DNA of 64,000 nt from Polyangiales bacterium (GCA_964202905.1 CAXNJO010000001.1:160001-224000), one strand, 5' to 3'. Shown: positions 43,627 through 54,956, counted from the first letter of the stretch. Notes: generated from the letters alone by a model not told the origin. Translations and numbers: made by a program.

Positions 43627-43674
43627 ACACTGTCTGTCGTGGCTAGACCATTGCGGAGCCCCACCGGGTTGTTG
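43627..43674. promoter_or_regulatory. Putative distal tandem NrdR boxes
   Basis: acactgtctgtcgtgg (43627) and ccccaccgggttgttg (43659), 32 bp apart; C4/T11/G13 of the acaCwAtATaTwGtg consensus are kept. Confidence 0.4.
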
Positions 43675-43791
43675 TAGTTGTCCGACTCGTGACGGACGGG
43701 TGTCCGGCCCCGACGCGCGGGTCGGACACGCGGCACAGCTTGGAATCACAGGGGTTCAGCGGGGCGCGGCAGGGAGCGGGTCGATCCTTCC

Positions 43792-43820
43792 TTGACGAGC
43801 CGGGGTGCGGGAGGTAAACA
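43792..43820 (+). promoter_or_regulatory. Putative sigma70 promoter for nrdJ
   Basis: TTGACG-N17-TAAACA, immediately upstream of the proximal NrdR boxes. Confidence 0.5.
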
Positions 43821-43828
43821 GGGCCTCC

Positions 43829-43876
43829 CCACAACGGGTAGCGGCTGGGTCGCGGCGAAGACCCAACTGCTTGTGG
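43829..43876. promoter_or_regulatory. Putative proximal tandem NrdR boxes
   Basis: ccacaacgggtagcgg (43829) and acccaactgcttgtgg (43861), 32 bp apart, overlapping the predicted transcript start. Confidence 0.6.
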
Positions 43877-44165
43877 CAGCTCGGATATTTCGCTGTGCTC
43901 CGGTCGTGCCGGGGGCGTGGACAACGAGGGCGGTGGTGGGGTCTCCCGGCGGTGCCGGGCGGACCCCGCGGGCGCGTGCGCCCTCCGGGCTGGCAGGTCT
44001 TCGGTCGGGCGGGCCTTCTTCTTCGCCGTCGCTTCGCAGGGCTTCTGTTCGCAGGCTTTCTTCTGACCGACTGTCTTTCGCCGGTTTTCTCGCCGTTTTT
44101 CCTCAGGGGTTCGACGCGTACGGCCTGCCGGTCGTCCGCGTCCGCGTGGCAGCAGGAGGGGTATC

Positions 44166-47100
44166 GTGGCACTCGAACGCATCGCTGAATCGGCCGGTTC
44201 GCAGCAGGGCGGGATGAACCAGGGGGGCTCGTCGAAGGGCGCGGCGGCGCGGCCGCTCGGTCGCGGCGCGGGTGTGCCGGTCGAGCGCCGGAACACGCGC
44301 CCGGGCGTGAATCCGCTCGAGGCCGTGACCTACGAGCTGCGCGACTCCGTCATCACGAACCCGGACGGCTCCGTCGTCTTCGAGATGCGCGGCGCCGAGA
44401 TCCCGACCTCGTGGTCGCAGCTCGCGACCGACATCGCGGTCTCCAAATACTTCCGCAGGGCCGGCATCTTCGGCGACGCGAAGCGCGGCGAGCGCAGCGT
44501 CAAGCAGCTCGTGCACCGCGTCGCGCACACGATCCGCGAGGCGGGCGTCAAGCAGGGCCACTACTTCGCGAGCGACGAGGAGGCCGAGACCTTCGAGGCC
44601 GAGCTCGCGCACCTGCTCGTCACGCAGACGGCGGCGTTCAACTCGCCCGTCTGGTTCAACTGCGGGCTCTTCCAGCGCTACGGCATCACCGGACAGGGCG
44701 GCAGCCACGCGTGGGACCTCGCGCAGGGCGCGATCCTCGAGACGAAGAACGCCTACGAGCAGCCGCAGTGCTCGGCCTGCTTCATCCAGTCGGTCGGCGA
44801 CGACCTGATGGACATCTACGAGCTCATCAAGAACGAGGCGCGCCTCTTCAAGTACGGCTCGGGCACGGGCACGAACTTCAGCAAGCTGCGCGGCCGGCAG
44901 GAGAAGCTCTCGGGCGGCGGCACCTCGAGCGGCCTCATGAGCTTCCTCGAGGTCCTCGATCGCGCGGCGGGCGCGACGAAGTCGGGCGGCACCACGCGGC
45001 GCGCCGCGAAGATGGTCTGCCTCGACATGGACCACCCCGAGATCGTGGACTTCATCGAGTGGAAGGTCCGCGAGGAGAAGAAGGCACGCGCCCTCATCGC
45101 GTCGGGCTACGCCTCGGACTTCAACGGCGAGGCCTACCACACGGTCTCCGGCCAGAACTCGAACAACAGCATCCGCGTCACCGACGCCTTCATGAACGCG
45201 GTCGCGGCGGACGGCGAGTGGCGCACGTACATGCGCACGAACGGCCAGGTCTGCGACACCTACAAGGCGCGCGATCTCTGGCGCAAGGTCAGCGAGAGCG
45301 CGTGGTGGTGCGCGGATCCGGGCCTCCAGTACGACAGCACCATCAACGACTGGCACACCTGCCCGAACACGGATCGCATCAACGCGAGCAACCCGTGCTC
45401 GGAGTACATGTTCCTCGACAACACGGCCTGCAATCTGTCGTCGATCAACCTGAGCAAGCTCTACACGGAAGAGGGCGGCTTCGACGTCGAGGGCTACCGC
45501 CACGCGATCCGCGTGTTGTTCATCGCGCAGGAGATCCTCGTCGACTTCAGCGCCTACCCGACGAAGCAGATCGCGCAGAACAGCCACGACTACCGCCCGC
45601 TCGGCCTCGGCTACGCGAACCTCGGCACGCTGCTCATGCGCATGGGCATCTCCTATGATTCCGACGAGGGGCGCGCGATGTGCGGCTCGCTCACCGCGAT
45701 CCTCACCGGGCACGCCTACCGCGTCTCGGCGGAGATGGCGGCGAGCAAGGGCACGTTCGCCGGCTACGCGCACAACCGCGAGCCGATGCTCCGCGTGATG
45801 CGCAAGCACCGCGACGCGGCCTACAAGATCAACGGCCGCCCCGGCGAGACGTCGCCGCGCGACCCGAACGAGGTGTGCCCCGAGTACCTGCTCCGCGCCG
45901 CGCAGCAGGACTGGGACGAGGCCGTGCGCCTCGGCGAGAGCCACGGCTACCGCAACGCGCAGGCGACCGTGCTCGCGCCGACGGGCACGATCGGCCTGCT
46001 CATGGACTGCGACACGACGGGCATCGAGCCCGACTTCGCGCTCGTGAAGTTCAAGAAGCTCGCCGGCGGCGGCTACTTCAAGATCGTCAACCAGTCGGTG
46101 CCGGGCGCGCTCGAGTCGCTCGGCTACTCGAAGGCCGAGGTCGCCGCGATCGTCGCGTACGTGACGGGCACCAACACCTTCACGGGCGCGCCGCACCTCA
46201 ACCGCCGCGCGCTGCTCGACCGCGGGCTCAACGAGCGCGAGATCGACAAGGCCGAGTCCGCGCTCGCGGGCGCGTTCGACGTCTCGCTGGCGCTCGCGCC
46301 GTGGGTCATCGGCAAGGAGGCGTACGACCGCCTCGGCATCGACAACAAGACGCTCTCGAAGCCCGGCTTCTCGCTGCTCAAGCACTTCGGTCTCGCCCCG
46401 GCGCAGATCGACGCGCTCAACGACCACGTCGTCGGCCGCATGACGATCGAGGGCGCGCCGCACCTGCGCCCCGAGCACCTGCCCGTCTTCGACTGCGCGA
46501 ACCGCTGCGGCAAGCACGGGCAGCGCTACCTCGCGCCGATGTCCCACGTCCGCATGATGGCGGCGGCGCAGCCGTTCCTCTCGGGCGCGATCTCGAAGAC
46601 GGTCAACCTCCCGAACGACGCCACCGTCGAAGAGGTCGCGAACGTCTACATGGAGGGCTGGAAGCTCGGCCTCAAGGCCGTCGCGCTCTACCGCGACGGG
46701 TGCAAGGCCTCGCAGCCGCTCAACACCTCGAACGAGGACCAGAAGGACGAGGCCGGCGACAAGCAGACCGCGAAGGACAAGCTCGCGGCGAAGGGCCTGC
46801 AGGAGACGCCGGCCGCGCCGCCGGTCGTCGCCGCGCAGCCCGCGGCCGCACAGCCCGCCCTCGCGCAGCGGGGTACGGGCCTGCCCGCGAAGGTCGAGCG
46901 CGAGACGGCGAACCCGCCGAAGACCAACCGCCACCGCCTGCCGAAGAAGCGCACGGGCTTCACGCAGGAGGCGCGCGTGGCGGGCCACAAGATCTTCCTG
47001 CGCACGGGCGAGTACGAGAACGGCGCGCTCGGCGAGATCTTCATCGACATGCACAAGGAGGGCGCCGCCTTCCGCTCGCTGATGAACTGCTTCGCCATCA

Positions 47101-47579
47101 GCGTCTCGATGGGCCTGCAGCACGGCGTGCCGCTCGAGAGCTACGTCGAGCAGTTCACGTTCACGCGCTTCGAGCCGCAGGGCGGCGTCGAGGGGCACCC
47201 GAACATCAAGCTCGCGACCTCGATGATCGACTACGTGTTCCGCGTGCTCGGCGTCGAGTACCTGCGCCGCTACGAGCTCGCGCACGTCCCGCCCGTCGAG
47301 GAGCAGGCGGAGCTCATGAACCCGACGGATGTCGGCGCCGCGCACGAGGCGCTGACGCTGCCGCCCGACACGAGCGCACCGACGCCGCAGCAGGCGCTGC
47401 GCTTCGAAGCGGAGGCCGTCGGACACGCGGCCGCCGCGGGCCCGCACGACGCGCTCAACTCGCAGCTCAGCGGCATGATGGGCGACGCCCCCATGTGCGA
47501 CAGCTGCGGGCACATCACCGTCCGCAACGGCGCTTGCTACAAGTGCCTGAACTGCGGCAACTCGATGGGTTGCAGCTGA
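44166..47579 (+). CDS. nrdJ: Class II (adenosylcobalamin-dependent) ribonucleotide reductase
   Basis: [56 protein letters not shown] domain, C-terminal CxxC...CxxC. Confidence 0.97.
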   Translation: MALERIAESAGSQQGGMNQGGSSKGAAARPLGRGAGVPVERRNTRPGVNPLEAVTYELRDSVITNPDGSVVFEMRGAEIPTSWSQLATDIAVSKYFRRAGIFGDAKRGERSVKQLVHRVAHTIREAGVKQGHYFASDEEAETFEAELAHLLVTQTAAFNSPVWFNCGLFQRYGITGQGGSHAWDLAQGAILETKNAYEQPQCSACFIQSVGDDLMDIYELIKNEARLFKYGSGTGTNFSKLRGRQEKLSGGGTSSGLMSFLEVLDRAAGATKSGGTTRRAAKMVCLDMDHPEIVDFIEWKVREEKKARALIASGYASDFNGEAYHTVSGQNSNNSIRVTDAFMNAVAADGEWRTYMRTNGQVCDTYKARDLWRKVSESAWWCADPGLQYDSTINDWHTCPNTDRINASNPCSEYMFLDNTACNLSSINLSKLYTEEGGFDVEGYRHAIRVLFIAQEILVDFSAYPTKQIAQNSHDYRPLGLGYANLGTLLMRMGISYDSDEGRAMCGSLTAILTGHAYRVSAEMAASKGTFAGYAHNREPMLRVMRKHRDAAYKINGRPGETSPRDPNEVCPEYLLRAAQQDWDEAVRLGESHGYRNAQATVLAPTGTIGLLMDCDTTGIEPDFALVKFKKLAGGGYFKIVNQSVPGALESLGYSKAEVAAIVAYVTGTNTFTGAPHLNRRALLDRGLNEREIDKAESALAGAFDVSLALAPWVIGKEAYDRLGIDNKTLSKPGFSLLKHFGLAPAQIDALNDHVVGRMTIEGAPHLRPEHLPVFDCANRCGKHGQRYLAPMSHVRMMAAAQPFLSGAISKTVNLPNDATVEEVANVYMEGWKLGLKAVALYRDGCKASQPLNTSNEDQKDEAGDKQTAKDKLAAKGLQETPAAPPVVAAQPAAAQPALAQRGTGLPAKVERETANPPKTNRHRLPKKRTGFTQEARVAGHKIFLRTGEYENGALGEIFIDMHKEGAAFRSLMNCFAISVSMGLQHGVPLESYVEQFTFTRFEPQGGVEGHPNIKLATSMIDYVFRVLGVEYLRRYELAHVPPVEEQAELMNPTDVGAAHEALTLPPDTSAPTPQQALRFEAEAVGHAAAAGPHDALNSQLSGMMGDAPMCDSCGHITVRNGACYKCLNCGNSMGCS

Positions 47580-47638
47580 TCGGGACCGACCGACCGCGCG
47601 CGCCGCGCTGACCGCGGGGCACGCGCCTCCTCACCGAC

Positions 47639-47673
47639 CGACGCCCGCTGCTCCGCGAGGAGGGCGGGCGTCG
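47639..47673 (+). terminator. Hairpin downstream of nrdJ
   Basis: cgacgcccgc...gcgggcgtcg 10-bp stem; no U-tract. Confidence 0.35.
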
Positions 47674-47822
47674 TCGCGTCCGTCCTCGTCACGGGTGTCG
47701 GCGCGCGGAACCGTCGGCCGCCCGCGCAGGCGCTGTGACGCGGACACGCGGACACGCCACGCGGGTTGACGCCCCGGACGCGCGAGGGCAACGTCGCGCG
47801 GGTCGCCCCTTCAGGAGAGCCC

Positions 47823-48842
47823 ATGACGCGCTTGCTTCTTCGCCCCACCGTCCTCGCCCTCGTGCTCGCCCTCACGGGCTGCGCGACCACCGCGCTCGAG
47901 ATCGGCGCCCCCGGCACGGACGGCGGGACCCCCGCCGAGGACGGCGCCACCGACGACGGCGCCACCGACGACGGCGCCATCGATGACGGCGCGGTCCTGC
48001 CCGATGCGGGCGACACGGACGCCGCAACGCTGACCGACGCCGGTGATGCGGACGGCGGTCTGGTCGGGCCGGACGGCGGACCGACCGACGCGGGCGGCGG
48101 CACGGACGGCGGCATCCTCGTGCGCGACGGCGGACCGATCGACGCGGGCACCGACGCAGGCACCGACGCAGGCACGCGCGACGCAGGCACCGACGCAGGC
48201 ACGCGCGACGCAGGCACCGACGCAGGCACGCGCGACGCAGGCACCGACGCAGGCACGCGCGACGCAGGCACCGACGCAGGCACGCGCGACGCAGGCACCG
48301 ACGCAGGCACGCGCGACGCAGGCACCGACGCAGGCACGCGCGACGCAGGCACCGACGCAGGCACGCGCGACGCAGGCACCGACGCAGGCACGCGCGACGC
48401 AGGCACCGACGCAGGCACGCGCGACGCAGGCACCGACGCAGGCACGCGCGACGGCGGCGGCGGCTCGACCGTGCCTGGCAACATCGGCGCGGCGTGCACG
48501 TCGATGGCCGAGTGCACCGCGATCCCCGGCTCGATGTGCATCAGCTCGCTCGGCGGGGTCATCGCGCTGCCCGGCGGCTACTGCTCGGCGAGCTGCGCGG
48601 TCGCCGTCGGCTGCGGGGCGGACGCGACGTGCATCGGGTTCGGCGGGGGCACCGGGCAGTGCATCGCGACGTGCACGACGGATGCGGAGTGCCGCACCGC
48701 GGAGGGCTACACGTGCCGCGCCCTGCCCTTCGGGACGAGCGGGGCGCGCGTGTGCGTCCCGTCGTTCGGGGGCGGCGGCGGTGGGGTGCCCCCGCTGCCG
48801 GCCACCGACGCGGGGCTGCCGGCGTTCGACCTCGGTCTCTGA
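47823..48842 (+). CDS. Lipoprotein with DAGT-repeat stalk and Cys-rich C-domain
   Basis: RBS AGGAG, LTGC lipobox, PGGYCSASC...CTTDAECRTAEGYTC. Confidence 0.85.
   Translation: MTRLLLRPTVLALVLALTGCATTALEIGAPGTDGGTPAEDGATDDGATDDGAIDDGAVLPDAGDTDAATLTDAGDADGGLVGPDGGPTDAGGGTDGGILVRDGGPIDAGTDAGTDAGTRDAGTDAGTRDAGTDAGTRDAGTDAGTRDAGTDAGTRDAGTDAGTRDAGTDAGTRDAGTDAGTRDAGTDAGTRDAGTDAGTRDAGTDAGTRDGGGGSTVPGNIGAACTSMAECTAIPGSMCISSLGGVIALPGGYCSASCAVAVGCGADATCIGFGGGTGQCIATCTTDAECRTAEGYTCRALPFGTSGARVCVPSFGGGGGGVPPLPATDAGLPAFDLGL
48153..48449. repeat. Perfect 27-bp VNTR x11 (gacgcaggcaccgacgcaggcacgcgc; DAGTDAGTR)
   Basis: 297 bp = 11 identical units. Confidence 0.95.
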
Positions 48843-48968
48843 CCCCGGCGCACGCGTCGGGGACGCACCTACACCGTAGGGGAGACCGGCACATAACCCT
48901 GCAAATACGCGGACCTACGCGCATGCAGGCACGCTCGGCGCGCACGAAACCTGCAACCCGCGCCGGGT

Positions 48969-50240
48969 ATGACGACGACGACGCGGAAACTGGGGTGCGC
49001 AGTCGCCACGCTCGCCTTGACGGCGCTGGCGGGCTGCGTGGACGGTCAGCTGGGTTTGAACCGCCAGGAGGCGCTCGATCACGGCGACCACGAGATGATC
49101 GTCTCGGCCGGCGAGCTCACGGCGGGTTGGACGCGCGAGGGCGAGTGGCTCGTGTCTCCGGTGCTCGACGCGCCGGACGGGGCCAACCGCGCGGGCGCGC
49201 TGGTGGGGCTCGCGAGCCCCGGCGACCTGCCCGGGATGGAGGCGCGTGTCCTCGTCGATGGGGCCCCGGCGGGGGACTGGCAGCCGCTCGCGGAGACCTG
49301 GGGCGAGGAGGACCAGCACGTCGCGGTGGCCGAGCTCGGCGGCGTGGGCGACGGGGCGCAGCTCCGCGTGCGGGCGGAGGCCGTCGAGGTGCTGCGCGTG
49401 CTGCAGTGGACGGCGGTCATCCCCGAGTCGGAGACCGCCGACGACGGCGTGCCGCTCGACGAGGTCGCGGGCGCCCCGGCCGCGCTGCGGAGCGAGCTCG
49501 GCGGGCTCGGCATCGTCACGCGCTCGTCGTGGGGCGCGCGCGCGACGCGCTGCACGACGCGGGACACGCGCAAGACGCGCCTCGCCATCCACCACACCGT
49601 CTCGGGCGCGAGCGATCCGGCGCGGCAGCTCCGCGGCATCCAGCGCTACCACATGGACACGAACGGCTGGTGCGACGTCGGCTACCACTTCCTCGTCGGG
49701 CAGGACGGCCGCGTGTACGAGGGGCGCCCGCTCGAGCTGCTCGGCGCGCACGTCGGCAGCAACAACACGGGCAACATCGGCATCTCGTACATCGGCTGCT
49801 TCCACACGAGCGGCTGCGGCGGGCTCGGGCCGACGCGCCCCACCGACGCGTCGATCGAGGTCGGCGGGCGGCTCGTCGGCACGCTCGCGCGGCTCTACGG
49901 CGTGACGCTCGACAGCACGCGCGTGAAGGGGCACGGCCAACACGCGGGCCAGTCGACCTCGTGCCCCGGCGAGAACCTGCGCGGCCGCGTGGGGCAGATC
50001 ATCAGCACCGCGCGCACGCGCACGCTCTCCGCAGGCAGCCCGGCGCCCGCACCGACGCCGACGCCGGCGCCTGCGCCGTCCGGCGCGAGCTGCACGCACA
50101 GCTACGGCGGCCGCTACGCCAGCAGCGCGTGCTCGGCGAGCTACCAGTGCTGCGACGGACGCTGGCGCGCGCGCTCCGGCACGATGTGCGGCGCCTGCGC
50201 GTGCGTCGAGTCGACGGGCGAGCGCGGCTGCGGGCTCTGA
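48969..50240 (+). CDS. Lipoprotein with PGRP/Amidase_2 N-acetylmuramoyl-L-alanine amidase domain and Cys-rich tail
   Basis: LAGC lipobox; IVTRSSWGA, IHHT, GWCDVGYHFLVGQDGRVYEGR, GAH, GH...TSCPG. Confidence 0.92.
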   Translation: MTTTTRKLGCAVATLALTALAGCVDGQLGLNRQEALDHGDHEMIVSAGELTAGWTREGEWLVSPVLDAPDGANRAGALVGLASPGDLPGMEARVLVDGAPAGDWQPLAETWGEEDQHVAVAELGGVGDGAQLRVRAEAVEVLRVLQWTAVIPESETADDGVPLDEVAGAPAALRSELGGLGIVTRSSWGARATRCTTRDTRKTRLAIHHTVSGASDPARQLRGIQRYHMDTNGWCDVGYHFLVGQDGRVYEGRPLELLGAHVGSNNTGNIGISYIGCFHTSGCGGLGPTRPTDASIEVGGRLVGTLARLYGVTLDSTRVKGHGQHAGQSTSCPGENLRGRVGQIISTARTRTLSAGSPAPAPTPTPAPAPSGASCTHSYGGRYASSACSASYQCCDGRWRARSGTMCGACACVESTGERGCGL

Positions 50241-50364
50241 TCACGGCGCCTGCGCGGCGCGCGGGTCCTTTGCGCGCGACGCGCGGCCGTGCGTGAATGC
50301 GCGCGTGCCGCATCGCTCGCCGCGCAGGGCCGCCCACACGACGCGCTGCCCGCGCGGTGAGCGC

Positions 50365-50468
50365 ACGGTCACGGGGCGCGCGGTCACGGGGCAGACGGTC
50401 ACGGGGCAGCACGGTCACGGGGCAGACGGTCACGGGGCGCACGGTCACGGGGCAGACGGTGATGGGGC
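50365..50468. repeat. 15-bp tandem repeat (acggtcacggggcag, ~7 copies, one with an extra base)
   Basis: Read directly from the sequence. Confidence 0.85.
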
Positions 50469-51075
50469 ACGCGGCCCTCGTCACCGTCGCGGTGGGGTTC
50501 GCGTTCGCGCTCGCAGGCGGCGCACAGGCGCAGGCCGACTCGGGGAACCCGCGGCAGGCGGCGGGCGGTACGCGGACGGCGCAGGCGGGCGTGGCCCCGC
50601 GCGCGGGCGGCCTGCCCGGCGCGGCGCGGCCGACGACACCCGACTCGGGCGAGCGCGAGGCGCAGCGGCGCGGCGACGCGCTCTCGGCGCTCGCCGGGGC
50701 GCCGGGCGCGACGGCCGCGCGTGGCGGCCACCTCGACAGGCGCGCGGCGGCCTCGCGCGGGCGCGGGCGCCGCTCGCAGCGGCGGCGGACGCAGCCGCGG
50801 CGCGCGCGTCGCCGTCGCACGCGCGGCGTCTCGAAGCTCGTGGGTCGGCAGGCCGCGCTGGCGCGTGAGCGGCGCAGGCGCAGTCCGGCGTCGGGAGTGG
50901 GACGCCGCGCGGGCACGGGCGATCGCGGCGCGCGAGGCGCGCGAGGCCGCAGAAGCGCGTGCAGGCGGGCGACGCGGAGACGCTCGGCGAAGGTGGGCAC
51001 GGCGGGGCGGGCAACGCCGAGACGCCGGATGCGCCGCGCGGCGGCGACGCAGCGGACTCGGAGGGCGCCCGGTGA
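50462..51075 (+). CDS. Hypothetical secreted Ala-rich helical protein (frameshifted)
   Basis: Signal peptide MGHAALVTVAVGFAFALAGGAQA; the protein-like frame switches and likely ends at the TGA overlapping GTG 51072. Confidence 0.4.
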
Positions 51076-52300
51076 GCCAGACGCGCCGATCCGGGACATA
51101 CCGCGCGTGGGCGTGCGCGTGCGTGATCGCGCTCGGCGGCGCCGCGTGCGGGCCCGGGGCGCGGCCGGGCGCGGGGCTGCTCGCGGACCAGCTCGCGGAC
51201 GCGCGGCTCGGGCGGGCGCGGGCGCTCGCACCGGACCTCGTCGCGGCAGCCGAGCAGGCGCGCGACGCCGCGATGCAGGCCCGGGCGCGCGGCGACGCGC
51301 AGGCCGAGGGCGACGAGATCACGTCGCGCACGCGCTCTACTCGGCGGTCGAAGGCGAGCTGCAGCGTCGCCGACGAGCGCGCGCACGCGTCGCCGCCGAG
51401 CGCGCCGCGCAGGCGGAGTGGAACGCGGCGCAGCGGGACGAGGCGCGCCCGCGCCGCGATCGAGCGCGAGACGGTCTGGCGCGCGGCGGCGCACGTCGCC
51501 GAGCACGAGCTCGCGCGGGCCCTCGCGCGGGCGCAGGCGAGCGAGCCGCGACGCGGCGCGCGGCTGCCGAGCGGGGACGCCGAGGACGCCCGCGAGGCGG
51601 CGCGCGCGCTCGCGCGGAGGGCGCGCCTGCTTCGCGCGGCCGCGGCGGCGCTCGGCGCGACACCAGCGCGCTCGGGTCCGTCGACGCGCCCTCGCCGTGT
51701 GCGACGCCGCGCTCGCGCCGGGCGCGCGGCGACCGGACGGCCACGGCGGACGCGCTCGCCGCGGCCGACGAGGCGCGCCGCGCGGCGGAGCGCGCGCTCG
51801 GCGAGGCCGCGCGCACGCGGGCGCACCGGGCGCCGAGGGCGTCGCGGCGCTCGTCGAGACCGCGCAGCTCGCCGGGCTCACCGCACAGGCCGACGAGCGC
51901 GGCGTGGTCGTCCGCGCCGCATGCCTTCCCCGAGCGCGCACGCACGCCCGCAGCGGGCGCAGTCGGCGCCTTCGCGACGGTGCTGCGCACGCACGCGAGC
52001 GGCCCGGTGTTCGTCACGCTCGAAGCCGACCGCGACCCCGCCGGCGCCCGCACGGCGCGCGCGCGGGCCGACGCGCTGCGCGACGCCCTGATCGCGGCGG
52101 GTATCCCCCGAGAAAGACTCATGATTCCGTCGGGCGATCCACCCGCTGCCCCAGGGGCCGACGCGCCCCGCGCAGCGCTCGTCTTCAGCGCGTACGCGGC
52201 CGCGCCGGCGGGCACGGCGCAGGCGGCGGGACACGACGCGACGCAGGCGACGACGCAGGGCACCAGCACACCGACCAGCCCGGTGGCACCGGGCCGCTGA
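51072..52300 (+). CDS. Lipoprotein with DUF4398-like helical region and degenerate OmpA-like C-domain (frameshifted)
   Basis: GAAC lipobox, RALAPDLVAAAEQA; C-terminal ARADALRDALIAAGIPRERL lies in another frame. Confidence 0.5.
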
Positions 52301-52465
52301 TCGCGCGCCGCGCGCTCGCGCTGCACCGCACCGCACGCACGCACACACACAACATCCGCCGCGCTGCCCGCACCCCGCGCCGCGCTGCCCGCACCGCACG
52401 CGCGCCGACGCGACGGCGCGCGCCCGACGTTGCGGTCCCTTCGTGCTCCGTGGTCGGATGCGGGC

Positions 52466-54587
52466 ATGAGCCTCCTCCCGCGTGCCACGGTCTCCTCCCC
52501 CCGCGCCCCGGCGCGCCCTGCGCTGCGCGCGCTCGGGCTCGCGCTCCTGTTCGCGCTCGGCGCGTGCGCGGCGGACGACCCGGCGCCCACGCGCACCTGC
52601 ACGAGCAGCGCCTCCTGCGGGCCGGGACGCGCGTGCGTCGATGGTCTCTGCGTCGCGGTCCGCGACGGCGGCGCGCCGGATCTCGGCCCCGACCCGAGCG
52701 ATCTCGGGCCGCCGCGCGCGGTCACCGGCCTCTCCATCGCGCCCGGCGCGCCCGGCGTCGTGAGCGTCGACGGCGACCGCGCGACGCTCGACCTCGAGGC
52801 GCTGCTGCAATACGACGACGGCTCGAGCGCGCCGGCCTCGTCGGCGTTCTGGTCGCTCGCCTCGACGCGCCTCGGCACGGTCGACGCGACCACCGGCGTC
52901 TTCACGGCGGACGGCGAGGTCGCCGGCACCGTCGAGGTGCGCGTCGAGGCGATCGGCCTCACCGCGACTGCGCCGCTCTCCGTCACGGTCGAGCGCACCG
53001 TGATCGCGCCGGGCGCCCCCGCGGACGCGCCCACGCGCTTCGACGCGGCGACCGCGGTCGACGACCCCGCGCGCCGCGCCGCGCTGCTCTACCCGCTCGC
53101 GGGCGCCGTGTTTCCGCAGAACGTGCAGCCGCCGGACGTGCAGTGGGAGGGCGGCGTCGCGGGCGATCTCTACCGCGTGCGCCTCGAGGCCGCGGGCGTG
53201 CGCGTGCGCGCGTGCGTGCTGCACGAGGGCGGCGGTTTCCGCTTCGACTGGCCCGTGACGCGCGAGGCGTGGCGCGCCGTCGCCGAGAGCACGCCGGAGA
53301 CGCCCGTGACCATCGCCGTCGATCGGCTCGAGACCGCGAGCGGCACGCTGATCCCCGGCGAGGCGCGCACCGTCCGCTTCGCCGACGCGACCATCCGCGG
53401 CGCCATCTACTACTGGGATCTCGGCGGCGGAAACATCCTGCGCATCCGCGGCGACGGCTCGGGACGCGAGACCTTCATGCCGAGTCCGCCCATCCGGCCC
53501 ACCGGATCACCGAGCCGCTGCGTCGCCTGCCATGCCATCAGCCGTGATGGTCGCCGCATGGCCGCCGAGCTCTGGGACGGCGGCGACTTCGGCGCGGTCT
53601 TCGACCTCACCACCGACCTGAGCGTCGACCCCGCGCCCACGCTCATCCCGCCTTCGATCACGCGCTTCCTCACCGCGTCGTTCAGCCCCGACAACACGCG
53701 CCTCGTCGCGAACGCGGGCACCGAGCTCTTCCTCATGGACGGCAACACCGGCGCTCGTCTCCCCGCAGGTGGCGCGGGGCTGCCCGCCGACCGGCTCCGC
53801 ACACCCCACGTGGTCGCCCGACGGCACGCAGATCGCCTTCGCGTCGGGGCACGACGGCACCTGGGGCGTCGACTTCCGCCGCAGCGATCTCGGCGTCGTC
53901 GACGTCACGGGCGTCGACGCCTTCTCCGCGCCGCGCGTGATCGCGGCGGGCAGCGGGCTCGCCGTCGCACGGCCGACGTGGTCGCCCGACAGCGCCCTCC
54001 TCGCCTACCAGCACTCCGCGCACAGCCGCATCCGCGAAGACCCGGGCGGCGGCATCCCGAGCATCCCGCGCCCCGGCGCCGTGGTGCTCGTGACCCGCGA
54101 CGGAGCGACACAGTGGCCGCTCGACGCGATGCACGGCGGCGCCCGCAACAGCTACTACCCGACGTTTTCGCCCTTCGACGAAGGCGGCTATTTCTGGCTC
54201 GCCTTCGTCAGCACGCGCGACTACGGCAACGCGCAGGCCGGCACGCGCGGCACCGGCCGCCGCCAGCTCTGGGTCGCCGCGATCCGCAACGCGCCCGCCG
54301 CCGGCACGGACCCGAGCTTCGCGCCCTACTGGCTGCCGCAGCAGGACGTCGCGCACGAGAACATGGCCGCCTACTGGGCCGAAGAGGCCTGCAACGCCGA
54401 CGGCCGCGCCTGCGCGACGAGCGGCGAGTGCTGCTCCGGCTTCTGCCGCGACACGGGCGGCGGCCCCGTCTGCGTCCCGCCCGACGTCGTCGAGTGCTCC
54501 GAGACCGGCGAGGCCTGCCGCACGAACGCCGATTGCTGCGAAGGTGCGGGGGATTGCTCGGCGAATGTGTGTTCCACGCTGGGGTGA
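52466..54587 (+). CDS. Lipoprotein with Ig-like domain, TolB-like beta-propeller and Cys-rich tail; frameshift near 53790
   Basis: LGAC lipobox, LLYPLAGAVFPQN, GAIYYW, CVACH, PTWSPDG repeats, ECCSGFC tail. Confidence 0.8.
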
Positions 54588-54603
54588 TTGACCCCACCCT
54601 CCC

Positions 54604-54830
54604 CAAAGGGTTTTTCCCACCGACTCCCAGGGGTTTCCCACCCACCCCCAGGGGTTTCCCACCCACCCCCAGCCCCTCCCGCCCGCCGGCAGGGGAGTTT
54701 CCACGCCACGGTCAGGTCCTGCGCCGCGCCGTGCTCGGCGGCAGAGGGGGAGTTTGCGGAGGGGCGGTCGCGACAGGTGGTTTGCGGATCATGAAGCTGC
54801 GGGGTCTCGGATTCCTTTGCGGGGGTGGGA
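54604..54830 (+). repeat. REP-like composite repeat, copy A (right hairpin arm disrupted by ~50 bp)
   Basis: (ggggtttcccacccacccccA)n, cccctcccgcc, ggaggggcggtcgcgacaggtggtttgcgg, tctcggatt. Confidence 0.85.
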
Positions 54831-54956
54831 GGCGAGGAGAGCGGGCGATCGGATGGGGGTTCAGGACGTTGTGCGCGGGATTCTGGGAATACCGTCGTTG
54901 CGAGGAGCGTCGAGTGGGCGGGCGTCTGTGGGGATGCACTCAGGAGTTCGGCAAGC

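Noticed and set aside
43369..44165. Cobalamin riboswitch upstream of nrdJ
   Set aside because: I could not find the B12-box or other core motifs by eye. An Infernal search would be needed to exclude it.
44166..47579. Intein or intron in nrdJ
   Set aside because: The RNR motifs are colinear, and I saw no splice-junction or LAGLIDADG motifs. The extra length is linker plus the TSCPD domain.
48153..48449. 27-bp repeat as a CRISPR array
   Set aside because: The units are contiguous with no spacers and lie in frame inside a lipoprotein gene.
53518..53535. CVACH as a haem c attachment site
   Set aside because: It is a single CxxCH at the start of a beta-propeller with no other cytochrome features, and is more likely a disulfide or metal site. 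Not excluded.
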